A stretch of 64,000 nucleotides of DNA from an uncultured Nitrososphaerales archaeon. GTDB lineage: Archaea; Thermoproteota; Nitrososphaeria; Nitrososphaerales; Nitrososphaeraceae. Location of the stretch: contig CAWJCY010000006.1 in the NCBI GenBank assembly GCA_963841565.1, positions 256,001 through 320,000 of the forward strand, read 5' to 3'. Within the stretch, counting starts at the first letter, position 1; each line of letters begins with the position of its first letter. The translations under genes were made by a program, and so were the position numbers. Shown piece after piece: positions 44,230-54,840 of the stretch. Below the pieces are notes generated by a model. That model made no database searches. It saw nothing but the letters and a program-made list of their open reading frames with translations, and was not told the origin of the DNA.

Positions 44230-44414
44230 CTGAAATATCTTTTTACATCCTTAAAAACTGTTCACTTGCACATATGAATTTGTACAAAGCAACATGTTGT
44301 CTAAAAAATTTAATCACTTGCGACTTCCGCTAACATGTCAGGTGATTTAACCAATAATAACCACATATCTGAAAAAAGTGAGATTAAATGATCCGTCGCA
44401 ACGCATTTAGGTGT

Positions 44415-45596
44415 TTACTTTCTATGTTCGTGCTTTTGGTTTTGTTGTTGCTGCTGTAGCCGATGCTGATGCAATATATCAGGTACCGAAATCCATCTCC
44501 TGAATGAAGTAGATTGTGTCGTCATTGGCTTAGCGATCGATGAATGTGGAATTATTGAAATTCTTTCCAGATCTGGAAACTTGGAACGAATCTCCATTTC
44601 AACCTGAAGACATATCATCTCAACATCCTTGAGCGGCTTATCGCCATCTACTTCAATATGCACTTCTGCTTGGGAGACCATTCCTGCTGGTCTAAGCAAC
44701 ACTGAGCGAACCTTGACACTAGTTTGCAATTGCTCCGGTCCTTGGCCAAATCTAAACTGCTTTTGTTCGATGTATTGCTTAATAAGTTCAGTAAGTTTTG
44801 GGTTCTGCCACGAATCTACGAGTATCAAGGATGATTTCTTCAAGGAGATATAAGATACTGAGAAAATGTAGCCTGCAATTATCATCCCGCCTATTGCATC
44901 CATTTGCAAAAATCCAAATTGTGAAGCTATTAAGACACTTAAAAATCCAATTACTGATGCTGAACCATCTTTTATCGAATTCCTAGCATCGGTTCTTAAT
45001 GATAACAAATTGTACTTGTTTGCAATATTCCTCATCTGGAAAGCCCTATGTAATGAGACTGCACCAGCTGCAGCCAAAACAACCATCGTGAGAACTGGTT
45101 GTCTTATTTCATGGGGATGCAACAGTGCCTCGTATGAATTGTAGAATATTACAATCCCTATTGCTACCATTCCAATAGCAGCCATCAACGCAGCAAAGCT
45201 TTCTACCTTATGATATCCAAAATGAAATTTCTTGTCAGCTGGTCTGTGTGCAATACGAAGACCCAACAGAACGATAAATGATATAACTGCATCAGAAACA
45301 GAATCTAGCCCATCTGCTGTTGCTACGACACTACCGCTAAAGTAACCCGTAAGAATTTCTACAATTCCAATGCTGACGAGAGTAACAACGGATATTTTTG
45401 CGATTCTCTGCCCTGCTAGGATTCCTTCGCTTACAAGGCTGCTATGTTCGGAAGACTTTCGATTTCTATTTAATTCGCCAAGGTGGTCTGGTTTCTCACC
45501 TTCTAGGTTCAACCCTTTATCCCGACCTCGAGATGAACCCTTCATTGTACTATCGCTTAGATCGTCATCAGAAGCCCCGGTATTACTGTCGTCCAA
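44415..45596 (-). CDS. Cation diffusion facilitator (CDF) transporter
   Basis: ADGLDSVSD, RPADKKFHFGYHKVE, DARNSIKD and C-terminal dimerisation domain. Confidence 0.92.
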   Translation of the reverse strand: MDDSNTGASDDDLSDSTMKGSSRGRDKGLNLEGEKPDHLGELNRNRKSSEHSSLVSEGILAGQRIAKISVVTLVSIGIVEILTGYFSGSVVATADGLDSVSDAVISFIVLLGLRIAHRPADKKFHFGYHKVESFAALMAAIGMVAIGIVIFYNSYEALLHPHEIRQPVLTMVVLAAAGAVSLHRAFQMRNIANKYNLLSLRTDARNSIKDGSASVIGFLSVLIASQFGFLQMDAIGGMIIAGYIFSVSYISLKKSSLILVDSWQNPKLTELIKQYIEQKQFRFGQGPEQLQTSVKVRSVLLRPAGMVSQAEVHIEVDGDKPLKDVEMICLQVEMEIRSKFPDLERISIIPHSSIAKPMTTQSTSFRRWISVPDILHQHRLQQQQQNQKHEHRK

Positions 45597-46744
45597 TTTC
45601 TAAAATATGCAATCATTAGTACCCATTGGCATGATATAAACATCGCGTATTAGAGGATTTTCATGTTTATTTCCGTATATTTCATCATTTTTGCTGGTAA
45701 GGAAGTATATCATAGAGATATTAATAATAGAAATATAAGAATTAAAATGTAAAGGCTATCCTTGATTTGCCGGTTTAAAATCCCTTGATTCTTGGGAAAG
45801 ACACTAGTTCCGGGATTTATCAAATATGGTTTAGTTTTGAGGAAAGGAATGGACTCGGTAAGTGCTCACTCACCTGTGGCAAAATGGCTGATACATTCCT
45901 GCCTAAATAAGATTTGCGTATCAGAAGGGAGATGTATCCGAACTAATACCTAATCCAATAAATTTATACAAATACGACGTCACATTCCTAAGCAACTCAG
46001 AGCAAAACTGTAGGAAAATTTAGTTCAAAAAATTCCATATAAGGAGATGGAAGCGTTGAAGGATTCGAACGACAAAGGGAATATTGTCAGAGGCCAGACC
46101 GATAAAAATAAAGCAATTACATATTGACTAAATGTACGTTGGTATTTATCTGGTGATATTAGGTATGGTACCATCTCTGTACCTAAAATTACGATGTACT
46201 ATTTCTAACGCTACAATAGAATTCTAACGATATTCCTAGAATATTCTTTGAGTTGTTCTGATACTCAATGTCTACACCCATGATTGGTGGCACTATCCGT
46301 TACCTCGCGGATCGACTAGAGAAACCGACGGGATTTCTCGATGCAATGTATATTAGGTATCCACAGTAGCTTGTAATTATCCATCTGTAATGTATCTATT
46401 GGGCTGCAGTTTTCTAAGGACTAGTAACTGAAGGTTTTAATGCAAGAATGCTTAAAATAGAATAGGACTGATAGCCATATTTACATATAGGTTCCTAGAG
46501 GGACCCTAATTAGTTAGTGTTTGTATCGAAATCTGGGAAGTGAACTATCAGAGTTTATCTAAATTAGGAGATAAATAACTTTATGATTGCAATAGTCCAT
46601 CATGTAGTATCAACCGTATGTCGTATTAGGATGGAGTATAGGGTTTTATCTTAACGGATCACCAAATTTTGACATATAGATGTCACTATCTGAAGAAAAT
46701 AACTTTCAATCTATTTATATCAATGTATTTAATAAGAGTGAAAT

Positions 46745-48214
46745 ATGGCGCCGTCATCTAATTCAGGTGATACTTATTCTCTGATATTTCAATTAGGAAC
46801 AAGAATAGATTCCCTACAAAAAATACCTCTAAGTGCTGGCATTTTATTGGCGGTAAGTCTGGCTAGCTTTTTTACCTATTATGATTTTTCAAATTATGCA
46901 TACATATCACCAATGTTGAAGGAGAGCTGGAATGTTCAAGATTCAGAGATCGCCTTAGGCGCTTCTTTAACAGTTTTGGGATATGTAATAGGTGCAGTCC
47001 TCATTACGATCCATGCTGATCTCTATGGAAGAAAACCTGCTCTTATAATTTCAGTTCTAATCCTGGCAGCAGGCTCCATCCTGTCGGCGTCAGCACAAGA
47101 TATGACTCAGATGGTCATATTTAGATTGATCACTGGTATTGGAATTGGCTCAGAAATTGCAATTGTAACGACATATATCGGAGAAATGTCACCAAAGTCA
47201 AAGAGAGGGAGATACACTTCACTAGTAGTTTTTTTCGGGTGGATAGGTATTGCTTTATCGGGGCCCATCTCTTTTGCACTGTTCGAAAGCGAAATCAATA
47301 AGGTGGTCCAGATAGAGAGTTGGCGAATAATTCTAGCGATAGCAGTAGTACCAGCCCTGATCGCACTAATTCTAAGAATGGGTATGCCAGAGTCCCTTCG
47401 ATGGCTGATATCCAAGGGTAAAACTAAAGAAGCGAATCGACTACTCATCAAGCTTGGGTTAGATCCGGTTACACGTCATCGAGTTGAAAATCACTCTGAA
47501 ATGGAAAATGCATCAAAAAAGGTCCCAGATGTCACAGAGGAAGGAGGACTTGATGACAAAAAAGGGCCAATCAGCTCGAGCCGTGCGGTCAATAAGAATC
47601 TAAGTCTTCTATTCAAGAAGATCGTTACTAATAGGAGACTCGTTTTTGGTAGGATTTCCATACTTTCAGCTATTTGGTCTCTTGCCCTTATACCAATTTA
47701 CGCTTCGCTTCTATTGGTAGTTGAATATACTAACCAAGGATATGAAATTTTAGAATCTATATCTGTGAATATGATCGCAAGTTCGGGGTTTGTGGCGGGA
47801 GGAATATGTTCTCTTATTGTTGCAGACAGGATTGAAAGAAAGTATCAAATCGCATTTTCATGCGCGATTATTGGGTTGGCATTTATCCTCCGTGGTATAT
47901 TCATACATGACTACGTTGGATTAGTTATCTCCAGTTTTATAGCATTTGGGGCTAATGCATGGATGATCTCGAATCTCTTAACCTACACAGCGGAAAATTT
48001 TCCTACCGAGATTCGTTCCACATGCTCTGGGATTGTTGAAGGTGCAGGCAGGTTAATTGCCACAATTGGGCCTTTTGTCTTTATTATGTTTGTAACTTTC
48101 GGATTTCTCAATCTGATGATTGGGCTCTCATCATTTAGTTTTGTTGCGGCCATAGTAGTCTTATTGCTGGGAAGAAATACGTTGAATCTATCCTTGGAAA
48201 AGTTGAATGCATAA
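46745..48214 (+). CDS. MFS transporter (sugar-porter/aromatic acid-like)
   Basis: DLYGRK, RLITGIGIG.E, EMSP...RG, PESLRWL and ENFPTEIR motifs; about 12 TM. Confidence 0.92.
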   Translation: MAPSSNSGDTYSLIFQLGTRIDSLQKIPLSAGILLAVSLASFFTYYDFSNYAYISPMLKESWNVQDSEIALGASLTVLGYVIGAVLITIHADLYGRKPALIISVLILAAGSILSASAQDMTQMVIFRLITGIGIGSEIAIVTTYIGEMSPKSKRGRYTSLVVFFGWIGIALSGPISFALFESEINKVVQIESWRIILAIAVVPALIALILRMGMPESLRWLISKGKTKEANRLLIKLGLDPVTRHRVENHSEMENASKKVPDVTEEGGLDDKKGPISSSRAVNKNLSLLFKKIVTNRRLVFGRISILSAIWSLALIPIYASLLLVVEYTNQGYEILESISVNMIASSGFVAGGICSLIVADRIERKYQIAFSCAIIGLAFILRGIFIHDYVGLVISSFIAFGANAWMISNLLTYTAENFPTEIRSTCSGIVEGAGRLIATIGPFVFIMFVTFGFLNLMIGLSSFSFVAAIVVLLLGRNTLNLSLEKLNA

Positions 48215-48460
48215 GCCAGTCATAATGACAAGTTGGATTACGAGCTAGTTGCTGTTTGAAATGTGCTCATAGACTTGTTCGAGAATTAGAGATATAATCA
48301 TAAAAACTAATCAGTAATATCTGGGTCAGCGACAGTAAAAGTCAAGAATTACGGATGCAGATTTGAGATAATTATTGCGTAAGGTAGACTTAAAATGAAG
48401 GCATGGTCGCTTGAAATATGTTACCTTATAGATTTGCTCTGGACTTCATTGATTACTTGA

Positions 48461-49168
48461 TTAGTAATGCTGAGAATCTAGAATCATCCTAGCAGTTTGA
48501 AAGATTACTATCCACATTTTCCACGTTAATCTTCCTGTGTTAGTATTCTGCCTACTTGGATGATATGACGATAAAAGAACCTTATTACCTTTGATATTGA
48601 ACTTACCGCCGTGTTGAAACTCTATTGCAGTGATGCCGACAAGCTTGCAATATGTTTGAAATGCAATATGTCCAAGAGTGACGATAACCTTGACTGTTTT
48701 ATCAAGCAAATCTAATTCAGACCTTAGATATTGGGAACAGTTCGCTATTTCAAACGAAGTGGGCCGATTGTGAGGGGGTGCACAGCGTACGACTGCTGTA
48801 ATATATGCATCTTTTAATGCAAATCCGTCATTCATGCACCGACTAACAAAAGAGCTAGCAAACCCCGTTTGGAATAATGCTTTGGCAACCCAGTCTCCTG
48901 AGCTATCACCTGTAAACATACGTCCTGTTCTATTTCCACCATGAGCAGCCGGTGCTAGTCCGATAATTAGTAACCTTGCATTGGCATCTCCAAAGCTGGG
49001 AACTGGTCTTGCCCAGTAAAGTTCATTTCCGTACCGCTTTGGTCTGTTTGATGAAATTAATCTTATATGTTCCGATAACCTTGGACATATCTGACACACA
49101 GTTACTCTTCTATTAATTTCAAAAAGCTTCTCCTTTGAATCACAGTTTCCGACATTGGAGTTCATCAA
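48461..49168 (-). CDS. udgB: Uracil-DNA glycosylase family 5 (Fe-S)
   Basis: C..CPRL, GLAPAAHGGNRTGRMFTGD, RCAPP and YHPSRQNTNT motifs. Confidence 0.92.
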   Translation of the reverse strand: MMNSNVGNCDSKEKLFEINRRVTVCQICPRLSEHIRLISSNRPKRYGNELYWARPVPSFGDANARLLIIGLAPAAHGGNRTGRMFTGDSSGDWVAKALFQTGFASSFVSRCMNDGFALKDAYITAVVRCAPPHNRPTSFEIANCSQYLRSELDLLDKTVKVIVTLGHIAFQTYCKLVGITAIEFQHGGKFNIKGNKVLLSSYHPSRQNTNTGRLTWKMWIVIFQTARMILDSQHY

Positions 49169-49454
49169 TGTAGATACATACTCTTTTGGCCTTCAAGATA
49201 ACTTCCTCGGAGGTAAACCCTGTATATTAATATTTTATGCCTAGTTTCAAATTAACGTAATCGCTCGATGCATATTTACATTAAGAAGCCGGTATCAATT
49301 TACTGAATAGGGATCACAACTTGCGTGAGTGCATAGCTTTCTCATTATGATTCTGTTGATAGGTAGGAATTCTTACTAATTTTTGTTGATATACAATCAT
49401 GAAAATCAAAGGATTTGTTTTACTAAATAGTGTTTTTTAAATATCTGGTGATAT

Positions 49455-50885
49455 ATGTACGCATTTGTTAGAGATGCAGGAGGATGTCTGTGGTTGACTG
49501 AAGAATTTTGGCGACGGATAGAAGAATATCGACAATTGGGGTTCGACCCTTTGAGGTGGATTGCTACTGGTTCTAATGAAGTTGATTATTGGAAAATTGA
49601 ACAAATGGTAAATGAAATGAAACGTAGCTCTATAAAGTTGGATACAAATTGGTTCGATGCATTCCATTATGCCGACGGAAAAACGCCTGACCTTACAAGA
49701 AGGGTCTTTTCCCTACGTGATCCTGCAGTTGAAAACGAGGTTGACCTTAAACACGCCATTGCGATGTTCCGGGTACATAAGGAGATAGAGAATGATTCTC
49801 CGTTATTTACTGATATTCTAAATAATTTCTTCAGAAATTTCAGATGTAAAGTTTCCGTCAATAAGAGCACATTTGCAGTTACAGAACATAGAGATGCACA
49901 ATTTGCATTACTTGATTACATTGGTTTGCACAGAGGAGATAAGGTAGGTTTTACCGCCGCTGATAATGCCACTGCGCATGTGATTGATCCTACACTAGAA
50001 CCCGATTCCGAGCTCCATACAGACATTCCCATGACACGATGCATCGACCATTTGAATCTGCTTGGATGCACATCAGGATTTGACCTCTATCCCATATATG
50101 ATTCTCCTCAAGAATCTTCACTAGATATCATCGGAAAAAATCTTGACGCATTCACCTCCAGATATAATCTCAAGATGGATGATTACAGCTCACTTAAAAT
50201 AGGAAGGCTCTTCTTTGGAGCAACTGGGATTGCTAACACCTACAAAGAACTACCTACAAATTATGACCAGATCGAAGAGACCATGCAGATTATTATCACT
50301 AATCCGCTCGGTTCATTGATGGCATTAAGTCTTTACACGCTAGCACAAATTGATGAGAAGATTATGTTTACTTTAGAAAACAAGGGCATCAACAATCAAG
50401 ATCTTGTATCTGCAAAAGATGAATGCATGAAGAATCTCTGCGAACCACATTTTTCACTTGGAAAAATAGTCTCAAAGTATTGTCCCGGGTTTGGGACTCC
50501 GCTTCAGAAGAACGAGAATTTGATAGCCGTTCATCCTTTAGCTAGTGACGGTATACTTGGCTTATGGAAGCTTGCCCGAATTAGTAATTGTCATCTTGTA
50601 GTCAATGACCTTCCAATGATGTTTGAGGAAATTGCAAGACTAGCTTCAAGTGAGGCCCTTGTAATGAACCCAACTGCTGCACTAAATGGATGTCACACCA
50701 TAGTCGCAACCAATGATATTTCAAGTTTAATGCTAGATGAATTGCGAAAACATAACTTTAGAGCAACGGTGATAGGTTTTATTGCCAAAAAGGGAGAGAA
50801 GAATGTTACCTTTGGAGATAACATTAAGGATCACTTTGCTGCGAAAATTGGATTATCAATACTCAATAAAATAGCAGGTAAGTGA
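49455..50885 (+). CDS. SelD-like / PurM-fold protein (probable start TTG at 49494, after GGAGGA)
   Basis: FWRRIEEYRQLGFDPL..ATG N-terminus, IDPT, PIYD.P, DYSSLK.G.L..GAT, TNPLG and NG.H motifs resemble the archaeal SelD-related family. Confidence 0.7.
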   Translation: MYAFVRDAGGCLWLTEEFWRRIEEYRQLGFDPLRWIATGSNEVDYWKIEQMVNEMKRSSIKLDTNWFDAFHYADGKTPDLTRRVFSLRDPAVENEVDLKHAIAMFRVHKEIENDSPLFTDILNNFFRNFRCKVSVNKSTFAVTEHRDAQFALLDYIGLHRGDKVGFTAADNATAHVIDPTLEPDSELHTDIPMTRCIDHLNLLGCTSGFDLYPIYDSPQESSLDIIGKNLDAFTSRYNLKMDDYSSLKIGRLFFGATGIANTYKELPTNYDQIEETMQIIITNPLGSLMALSLYTLAQIDEKIMFTLENKGINNQDLVSAKDECMKNLCEPHFSLGKIVSKYCPGFGTPLQKNENLIAVHPLASDGILGLWKLARISNCHLVVNDLPMMFEEIARLASSEALVMNPTAALNGCHTIVATNDISSLMLDELRKHNFRATVIGFIAKKGEKNVTFGDNIKDHFAAKIGLSILNKIAGK

Positions 50886-50965
50886 ACGATGATGGTGAAT
50901 ATATGACAAAGATTATTAATTACTCGAAGACTTGAAGTCTTATTCGAGTACTGATCGCCGTGTGA

Positions 50966-52072
50966 CTAATCTGAGAACTTGTTTGTCTGATTCTCATCAT
51001 TATCGTTCTTGTCGATTGAAACTTCTCCATCTGGCCTGCTTCTTCCTTCTTTTACCAGAACATATTTGATTCTAACAAATGAAAATAGTATTGCTAATCC
51101 GAGGATTCCAAAGATAACAGCTATGGAAGTAGGGATAGGTATTTCGTATAACTCGGATATTAACATCTTGATGCCTATGAAAAGCAGTATTGCAGCCAGT
51201 CCTGGTTTCAGATAGTAAAATTTGTCTATCATACCCGCGAGAAGAAAGTACAGGCTCCTCAAGCCCAGTATGGCAAATATATTAGAGGTTATCACTAGAA
51301 ATGAGTCAGTTGTAATTGCAAGAATTGCAGGAATAGAATCAAGTGCAAACACCAAATCTGTCATCTCTATGATTACTAGTGCAATTAGCATTGGGGTTGC
51401 ATACATTATACCATCTGAGGCCCGGTGTAGAAACTTGTCTGAGGTATTACCTTTTAATTCGATAGGAATGAACTTTTTCAAAATTCTTACTGCTATGTTC
51501 TTTTCGATTTCTATGTTCTTTTCCTTCTTTGCTACTAGCATTCGTATCGCGGTGAATACCAATAGACCACCAAAGAGGTATATCGTCCAATGAAATGACT
51601 CAAGCAGAGAAATCCCTGCGAGAATGAGGGCTATCCTCAGCCCAATTGCACTTAGTATTCCAAGCATCAATACCTTGTGCTGATAGATGTATGGGATACC
51701 AAGTGATGAAAATATTAGCACAAATACAAACATGTTATCTACGCTTAGTGATTTTTCAATAGCATATCCTGTCAGGAACAAAAGTGATTTGTCATACCCC
51801 ATACTTACAAAAATTAGGCCTGCAAATACGCCCGCAAGCGAAATCCAGATTATAGTCCAACGCAATGCATGTTCGAATGTTTTCTTGCTTCTTTCCTGGT
51901 TGCTTAGAACCTGTACAGTATTGTTGTCTGAAGAGTCCTTATTCTTAGATATCCTCCTCCTTATACTCTCAATCATCCCTAAGTCTATCGCTAAAGCTAT
52001 CCCTACGAATAACCCAAAAGCAATCCACATCAAAGATTGATAGCTACTATCAGCGAATACAAGAGGTTCCAT
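50966..52072 (-). CDS. TerC/Alx-family membrane protein
   Basis: GYAIEKSLSVDNMFVF, IEMTDLVFALDSIPAI and TSNIFAILGLRSLY motifs. Confidence 0.93.
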   Translation of the reverse strand: MEPLVFADSSYQSLMWIAFGLFVGIALAIDLGMIESIRRRISKNKDSSDNNTVQVLSNQERSKKTFEHALRWTIIWISLAGVFAGLIFVSMGYDKSLLFLTGYAIEKSLSVDNMFVFVLIFSSLGIPYIYQHKVLMLGILSAIGLRIALILAGISLLESFHWTIYLFGGLLVFTAIRMLVAKKEKNIEIEKNIAVRILKKFIPIELKGNTSDKFLHRASDGIMYATPMLIALVIIEMTDLVFALDSIPAILAITTDSFLVITSNIFAILGLRSLYFLLAGMIDKFYYLKPGLAAILLFIGIKMLISELYEIPIPTSIAVIFGILGLAILFSFVRIKYVLVKEGRSRPDGEVSIDKNDNDENQTNKFSD

Positions 52073-52377
52073 CGTTTAGACGATAAGAAATTTTTAGTCT
52101 AAGATATATTTGACTTGCAGGTATTCATTGTGTTACTTTGTATTGCCACATGTTCCTGACCTTCGATAATAATAGGATCAAGAAAGCATGACAGTTAAAT
52201 TAGGTAAATGGTTATTCGTAGGTAGCCTAAACTATTTCTATTCTTTTATCTTCTACAGGACGTTAGCTGTATAAGATGGACAAGTCTTGGTAAGTCTGCA
52301 GAGAAATTTCTAATCTCATTAAGAATTGGTTTTTCAACCGGTATTTCATGACATGTTGAGCTGTGTTTACAATTTGT

Positions 52378-52761
52378 TCAAGTCATCATGTAGTTGCTAA
52401 TCTTCATAGGTTCATTGAATTTTATTCGCTGTTTTGGAAAATCGTCAACAATTACGTCAAAGCTCATTTCTCTCAAAGTTTCTGGTACGCCGATCATCAC
52501 TTGGTCGCTTGTAAGAATACCTTGAGCAGCATTTTCGATTTGGTCTTGAGATTTGTACTCCCTCATCTGTTCAATCACATATGCACAAAAAATGGCAAGC
52601 GATTCATTGGCATTGATCCTTAAGTCCATTTCAATTTTCTTTTTGATCGATACTATGACATTGAAAAATATCGATTCCTCTTCCTTGTCAGGAAATTGAA
52701 ATACCCTTATGAATGGAGGAGTATCGATTTCCCCTCGAACCATGACTTTAATATCTATCAT
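52378..52761 (-). CDS. Stand-alone urease gamma-subunit-like protein
   Basis: INANESLAIFCAYVIEQMRE...ILTSDQVMIGVPETL..M.F......KQRIKFNEPM matches the UreA pattern LN..EA.A.I...I.E.AR...L..DDVM.GV..M...PI; ATGA overlap with the upstream gene. Confidence 0.7.
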   Translation of the reverse strand: MIDIKVMVRGEIDTPPFIRVFQFPDKEEESIFFNVIVSIKKKIEMDLRINANESLAIFCAYVIEQMREYKSQDQIENAAQGILTSDQVMIGVPETLREMSFDVIVDDFPKQRIKFNEPMKISNYMMT

Positions 52762-53882
52762 CGATTGTTTCTTTTTGGGGGCGCTGCTTTAGGACCGTTC
52801 CCAAAATCATATGTATGTCCCTTCCCACGATAGAATTTTGGCCTTACAGGATTTCCTTCCATTTCCCCTTTCTTTGTGAGTGAAAGCCCTGCCAAAAGTT
52901 CGACAATTAGTCGATTTGCCAAGCCTGAAGTGATTCCTCCGTTGTAAGAGTTGACGTCGCTTACATCATAATTGGGTGCTACTTCGACCAAATCGAATGC
53001 AAACTTGTCCGGATCAAAAGAGGTGGACAATAATCGCATCAATCTCATACCCTCTCTTGAAGTCAGCCCATTGGGCTCAGGCTCGCCAGTACCTGGCGCG
53101 TAGGCGGGGTCAAACGTATCGATATCCCAACTTATGTATACCGCATCAACATTATCATTTGCCCTATCGGCCGCTTCCTTAGCGATCGGGTCAATTCCCA
53201 TTTCTTCTACGTCCAGCATTGTAAACCACTGGAAATCCTGATCAGCCATCCATTTATAGAGATCAGGTCCAGGCCAATATCCTCTTGGGCCAATTAGGGT
53301 ATAATTTTTGCCCTTTAGACAACCTAACTCCATAATCCTTCTTATATGCGCCCCATGATCATATTTGAATCCGCAAAGTCCTTGAGGAGCGCAATCCGCG
53401 TGGGTGTCGATATGGATCATACCAATGTTTTTGTACTTCTTGGCAAACGCTCTCACGTTAGCGAATGTAATTGAGTGATCTCCACCTAACATTACAGGGA
53501 TCCCATCGATATCGAGAACCTCCTTGACCTTATCTGTCATTCTTCTGTGTGATTCAATGACGTCGCCAGGAGACACTACAACGTCACCATAGTCTACAGT
53601 TTTAAATACACCAAAAGGGTCCACTCCTGTTTCAATGTTGAAATGTTCATAAGGGGGAGATGGCACAGTTGAAGCTGCTCGGATTGCGCGTGGCCCATAT
53701 CTCGCACCAGGACGTATGGTTGTTCCAAAATCAAATGGTTCTCCTATTATAGCTACATCTGGTTTTATCTTTTCTAATTCCTGACGGGACCTGAGCCAAG
53801 GCAACTTCAGAAAAGTTGGTATACCAACAAAAATCGGCTCATCATTACCTTTGTACGAATCCCCATAGAATTCCATTCCCAT
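52758..53882 (-). CDS. Ureohydrolase (agmatinase/arginase superfamily), substrate unknown
   Basis: PFD.GT..RPGARYGPRAIR, GGDHSIT, DTHAD, DHG, SWDIDTFDP, PGTGEPEP and DLVEVAP motifs. Confidence 0.9.
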   Translation of the reverse strand: MGMEFYGDSYKGNDEPIFVGIPTFLKLPWLRSRQELEKIKPDVAIIGEPFDFGTTIRPGARYGPRAIRAASTVPSPPYEHFNIETGVDPFGVFKTVDYGDVVVSPGDVIESHRRMTDKVKEVLDIDGIPVMLGGDHSITFANVRAFAKKYKNIGMIHIDTHADCAPQGLCGFKYDHGAHIRRIMELGCLKGKNYTLIGPRGYWPGPDLYKWMADQDFQWFTMLDVEEMGIDPIAKEAADRANDNVDAVYISWDIDTFDPAYAPGTGEPEPNGLTSREGMRLMRLLSTSFDPDKFAFDLVEVAPNYDVSDVNSYNGGITSGLANRLIVELLAGLSLTKKGEMEGNPVRPKFYRGKGHTYDFGNGPKAAPPKRNNR

Positions 53883-53900
53883 CTTCTAATCGCTAAATAT

Positions 53901-53930
53901 TAGGACACGTACAATGTTTTTAAGCATTTC
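53901..53930 (-). promoter_or_regulatory. Ureohydrolase operon promoter sharing a motif with glnA
   Basis: Minus strand reads GAAATGCTTAAAAACATTGTACGTGTCCTA. Confidence 0.5.
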
Positions 53931-54028
53931 TAAGTAGTTTACGAATCTCTTTAACTCGCTGATCCGACTACATAAAGTCATATGTTACTGGCTTTGGGAT
54001 CAGATACTTACTGATAATGAGAATTAAT

Positions 54029-54070
54029 GGTATGGTTAGGGTATGGTCAGGGTATGGTCAGTGTCAGTGT
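54029..54070. repeat. 11-bp tandem repeat x3
   Basis: GGTATGGTTAG GGTATGGTCAG GGTATGGTCAG followed by TGTCAGTGT. Confidence 0.8.
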
Positions 54071-54331
54071 ATACTAATGGTCTCGTTAAGTGATCTACAT
54101 TTTATACATTGAATTCATTGATATTAAGCTAAACCAACCATGTAGAATGTGATACAAAGACCACAATCCTCTAGTAGTTAGCTATCCATAAAATGAAGAT
54201 ATGAAGAGATTTGTCGAATGATATACTAACGTAATCTACGCATTGTATAATACTATACTGATGACCATGCATTTTAAAATGAATGATAGATCAATACTTT
54301 TTTATAGTTACTCCCCTTATAGGAAAATGCG

Positions 54332-54586
54332 ATGAATGCGGTTAGAAATGAAAGTGATGTTCAAGCTCGAGCAGTAGGAGCGATTGAGACACTGTATGGA
54401 AAAGGCATTTCGGATTTAAAGCTAAGATCACTATTCTCTCTTCCTAATGAGCAAAAAAGAGAGGAATGGGATGCACAGACAACTTTTATGTTAAATAACC
54501 TTCAATATGTGGTCGATCTTACGATTAGGGAACAAGATGGTATCATAACTAATGCTAGGCTGATAGACGTAATGAAACCTCTTTAA
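54332..54586 (+). CDS. Small hypothetical protein
   Basis: 84-aa ORF preceded by a TTTTTATAG TATA-like box; alpha/beta composition. Confidence 0.65.
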   Translation: MNAVRNESDVQARAVGAIETLYGKGISDLKLRSLFSLPNEQKREEWDAQTTFMLNNLQYVVDLTIREQDGIITNARLIDVMKPL

Positions 54587-54840
54587 CCTACTGGCATTTC
54601 GTTCTCAAGGATTCATTTTCGTAGGCTCCTAGCCAAGAAAGTCATCGCTGATGACTGATACGAATCCCATTTTAATGGCCAAAAATTTTTTTGGGTCGCC
54701 ACAAGTCTAGAAATGTTTGTTTTAAGAATGCATAAATTCGTAATATACATTATTCAATCGTACTTTATTATACCCTAATATTGGTAGTATACATATACTG
54801 AGGAAGTATTTTTATATATAATGTCTATAACCATAACACT

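Noticed and set aside
45600-46740. Long intergenic region as ncRNA or hidden gene
   Set aside because: No ORF of 60 aa or more and no evident stable structure; long AT-rich spacers are common in this window
52073-52377. yybP-ykoY Mn riboswitch upstream of TerC
   Set aside because: No consensus or convincing four-way junction seen
52758-53882. Calling the hydrolase guanidinase GdmH or agmatinase SpeB
   Set aside because: It lacks the diagnostic Trp of guanidinases and the Thr of agmatinases in the PGTGxP loop; no hypA/hypB-like genes are adjacent
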